In this document: positions 29,754 through 32,000 of the stretch, one piece after another
Layout: every line of letters starts with the position of its first letter
Position numbering within the stretch: position 1 is the first letter of the stretch
Origin: Caedibacter taeniospiralis
Lineage (GTDB): Bacteria; Pseudomonadota; Gammaproteobacteria; Francisellales; Francisellaceae
Direction: 5' to 3'
Assembly: GCF_002803295.2 (NCBI RefSeq)
Contig: NZ_PGGB02000010.1
Coordinates: 1-32,000 of the forward strand
Length of the DNA stretch: 32,000 nucleotides
Translations under genes and position numbers: made by a program
The notes under the pieces: generated by a model
The model's input: only the letters and a program-made list of their open reading frames with translations
Databases searched by the model: none
Told to the model about the DNA's origin: nothing

Positions 29754-30845
29754 TTAGACATTAAATCTAAAATGAATTACATCTCCGTCATGCACAATGT
29801 ATTCTTTGCCCTCAAGGCGTGCTTTGCCTGCGTCTTTGGCACCCTTTTCTCCGTTATATTGAATATAGTCATGGAAGCCTATGACTTCGGCGCGAATAAA
29901 TCCGCGTTCAAAATCTGTGTGAATTTTTCCTGCTGCTTGCGGTGCCGTGGCTCCTACAGGAATTGTCCAGGCGCGGACCTCTTTGACGCCCGCGGTGAAA
30001 TAGGTTTGCAATTGTAAAAGCTTGTAGCCCGCGCGAATAACACGATTAAGTCCAGGTTCATCTAAACCAAGATCGGAAAGAAATTCCATTTTTTCATTAT
30101 CCTCAAGCTCAGTAATTTCAGACTCAATTGCAGCACAGACAGCGACTACATCAGCGTTATCCTGTTTAGCAAACTCAATAACTTTATCAAGTAGAGGGTT
30201 GTTTTCAAAGCCTGACTCATCGACATTAGCGATATAAAGAGTTGGTTTGTGAGTTAGTAGTGGCGTTTGTTTGATCCATGTGAGCTCATCCTCATTAAAC
30301 GGAAAACTACGAGCTGGTTTTTCAGACTCTAAATGTGTCTTTAAATTTTGGTAAAGATCCAGTTGCAGCTTGGCTTCTTTGTTGGCACTTTTAGCCAGTT
30401 TTTGCACACGCTGAATAATTTTGTCAACGCTTTCAATATCGGCCAAAAGAAGTTCAGTGTTAATGGTTTGGATGTCATCGATGGGATCAACTTTGCCAGC
30501 GACGTGGACAATATCGCTATTGTGAAAGCAGCGGACAACATGGGCAATGGCTTCTGTTTCACGAATATTGGCTAAAAACTTATTGCCTAATCCCTCGCCC
30601 TTAGAGGCTCCAGCAACAAGACCTGCAATATCAACAAACTCCATGGTGGCAGGTAAAACTCGTTGTGGTTTTACGATTGCTGAGAGCTGATCTAAACGTG
30701 GATCAGGAACTGATACCATGCCAACATTAGGCTCAATGGTGCAAAAAGGGTAATTTTCTGCCTGAATACCTGCTTTTGTCAACGCATTAAATAGGGTTGA
30801 TTTTCCAACGTTAGGAAGTCCAACAATGCCACATTTAAAACCCAT
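29754..30845 (-). CDS. ychF: Redox-regulated ribosome-associated ATPase YchF
   Basis: [42 protein letters not shown] and C-terminal TGS-like domain. Confidence 0.97.
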   Translation of the reverse strand: MGFKCGIVGLPNVGKSTLFNALTKAGIQAENYPFCTIEPNVGMVSVPDPRLDQLSAIVKPQRVLPATMEFVDIAGLVAGASKGEGLGNKFLANIRETEAIAHVVRCFHNSDIVHVAGKVDPIDDIQTINTELLLADIESVDKIIQRVQKLAKSANKEAKLQLDLYQNLKTHLESEKPARSFPFNEDELTWIKQTPLLTHKPTLYIANVDESGFENNPLLDKVIEFAKQDNADVVAVCAAIESEITELEDNEKMEFLSDLGLDEPGLNRVIRAGYKLLQLQTYFTAGVKEVRAWTIPVGATAPQAAGKIHTDFERGFIRAEVIGFHDYIQYNGEKGAKDAGKARLEGKEYIVHDGDVIHFRFNV

Positions 30846-30875
30846 AATAAAACCCTTATGAAATATTGTTTGTAT

Positions 30876-31454
30876 TTATTTCTGATGAAGCTCATTCATC
30901 ACGCTTTGATGATTGCCCCGTATTATATCGTCCAGATAACAAAGCGCACGCTTAATGCCATGATCAATGGCAATTTTATCTTCGATCGATGGTTTTCCTA
31001 ATACATAACCCACGACTTTATGGCGATCTCCTGGGTGATCAATGCCGATGCGAAGGCGATAATAATCACGTGTACCTAAAGAGGCATCAATATCTCTTAA
31101 GCCATTATGTCCGCCGTGTCCACCACCCTTTTTGAGGCGCACCTGCCCGCAAGGCAAATCCAGCTCATCGTGCGCAACCAGGATCTCATCTGGTGTGAGT
31201 TTGTAAAATTGCGCAAGCTTAGCAACGGCTAAGCCACTTTTATTCACATAGGTGTGAGGATATAAAAGCCAGAGTTTATCAGTTCCCATTTGAGTTTGTG
31301 CTGTGGCACCATGGAATTTATGATCTGCTACTAACGCTAGATGATATTTTTCCGCAACACCTTGGAGAAACCATTCTCCTGCATTATGGCGTGTGTCCTG
31401 GTATTGACTGCCAATGTTACCAAGTCCAACGATAAGCTTAATAGTAGTCGTCAT
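30876..31454 (-). CDS. pth: Peptidyl-tRNA hydrolase
   Basis: KLIVGLGNIGSQYQDTRHNAGEWFL, HDELDLPCGQVRLKKGGGHGGHNGLRDI. Confidence 0.96.
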   Translation of the reverse strand: MTTTIKLIVGLGNIGSQYQDTRHNAGEWFLQGVAEKYHLALVADHKFHGATAQTQMGTDKLWLLYPHTYVNKSGLAVAKLAQFYKLTPDEILVAHDELDLPCGQVRLKKGGGHGGHNGLRDIDASLGTRDYYRLRIGIDHPGDRHKVVGYVLGKPSIEDKIAIDHGIKRALCYLDDIIRGNHQSVMNELHQK

Positions 31455-31569
31455 GTCTTAACCAAAGTTTAAAATTGGGGTGGAGTATAGCGAAGGCAAT
31501 TTTGAATGACAAGTTTACTGACGCCATGCTACCATAAACGAAATTTTTCTTGGGTGTTTTTCTGTGTAA

Positions 31570-32000
31570 ATGAGTATTAAAAAGCTTGAATCACTAATTG
31601 TTGCGGTACCTGATTTTCCAAAGCCAGGAATTTTATTTCGTGATGTTACCCCATTGCTGGCAGACCCTGCTGGCTTGACTCTCACCGCAAAACTGATGGC
31701 TAAGCGTATTAAACAGCTTAAACTTAAACCCACGGTGATTGCAGGTCCTGAAAGCCGAGGGTTTATTTTTGGTGTGGCACTGGCCAAGCATTTAGGTATC
31801 GGTTTTGTCCCTATTAGAAAGCGAGGTAAGTTGCCACGAGCGGTTTATGATTGTGAATACGAACTGGAATATGGGATGGATCACTTAGAGGTGCATCAGG
31901 ATGCTTTTCATGCCAATGATCAGGTACTGTTGGTCGATGATTTGCTGGCAACAGGAGGAACTGCAAACGCCTGTGTTGAGCTGGTGAAAAAAGCAGGTGC
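31570..32000 (+). CDS. apt: Adenine phosphoribosyltransferase, 3' end outside the window
   Basis: My translation: MSIKKLESLIVAVPDFPKPGILFRDVTPLLADPAGLTLTAKLMAKRIKQL...VIAGPESRGFIFGVALAKHLGIGFVPIRKRGKLPRAVY...VLLVDDLLATGGTANACVELVKKAG. Confidence 0.95.
   Translation, partial: MSIKKLESLIVAVPDFPKPGILFRDVTPLLADPAGLTLTAKLMAKRIKQLKLKPTVIAGPESRGFIFGVALAKHLGIGFVPIRKRGKLPRAVYDCEYELEYGMDHLEVHQDAFHANDQVLLVDDLLATGGTANACVELVKKAG

Noticed and set aside
31515-31787. ORF 31515..31787 (-)
   Set aside because: It is antisense to the clearly recognisable apt coding sequence starting at 31570.

Overview
This window looks like a core chromosomal segment of a gammaproteobacterium. The gene content is compatible with a host-associated or Legionellales-like lineage, but that placement is inference only. 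Confidently recognised genes are amgK-like, lptD, sufD/sufC/sufB plus an Rrf2-family regulator, an MFS transporter, a YcfL-like lipoprotein, the macromolecular-synthesis cluster rpsU-yqeY-dnaG-rpoD, tsaE, an AddA/RecB-like UvrD helicase-nuclease, rsmB, suhB, trmJ, rnhB, pheS, pheT, a PAP2 phosphatase, ychF, pth and a partial apt. Two toxin-antitoxin-like pairs are present: GNAT/DUF1778 (TacAT-like) and HEPN/MNT (HepT-MntA-like). I did not find a clear new multi-gene system. The most unusual signal is a set of small palindromic repeats: (1) a ~110 bp palindromic core bounded by CTACCCC...GGGGTAG lies in frame inside the AddA-like gene and again between pheS and pheT, where it sits inside an outer inverted repeat flanked by an apparent 10 bp target duplication; (2) a different palindrome with the same boundary motif sits inside a different outer inverted repeat near 22.0 kb; (3) a 71 bp MITE-like element occurs inside the rpsU-yqeY interval and at the 5' side of the PAP2 gene. 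A nested, possibly switchable stem structure covers the Shine-Dalgarno region of the MFS transporter.
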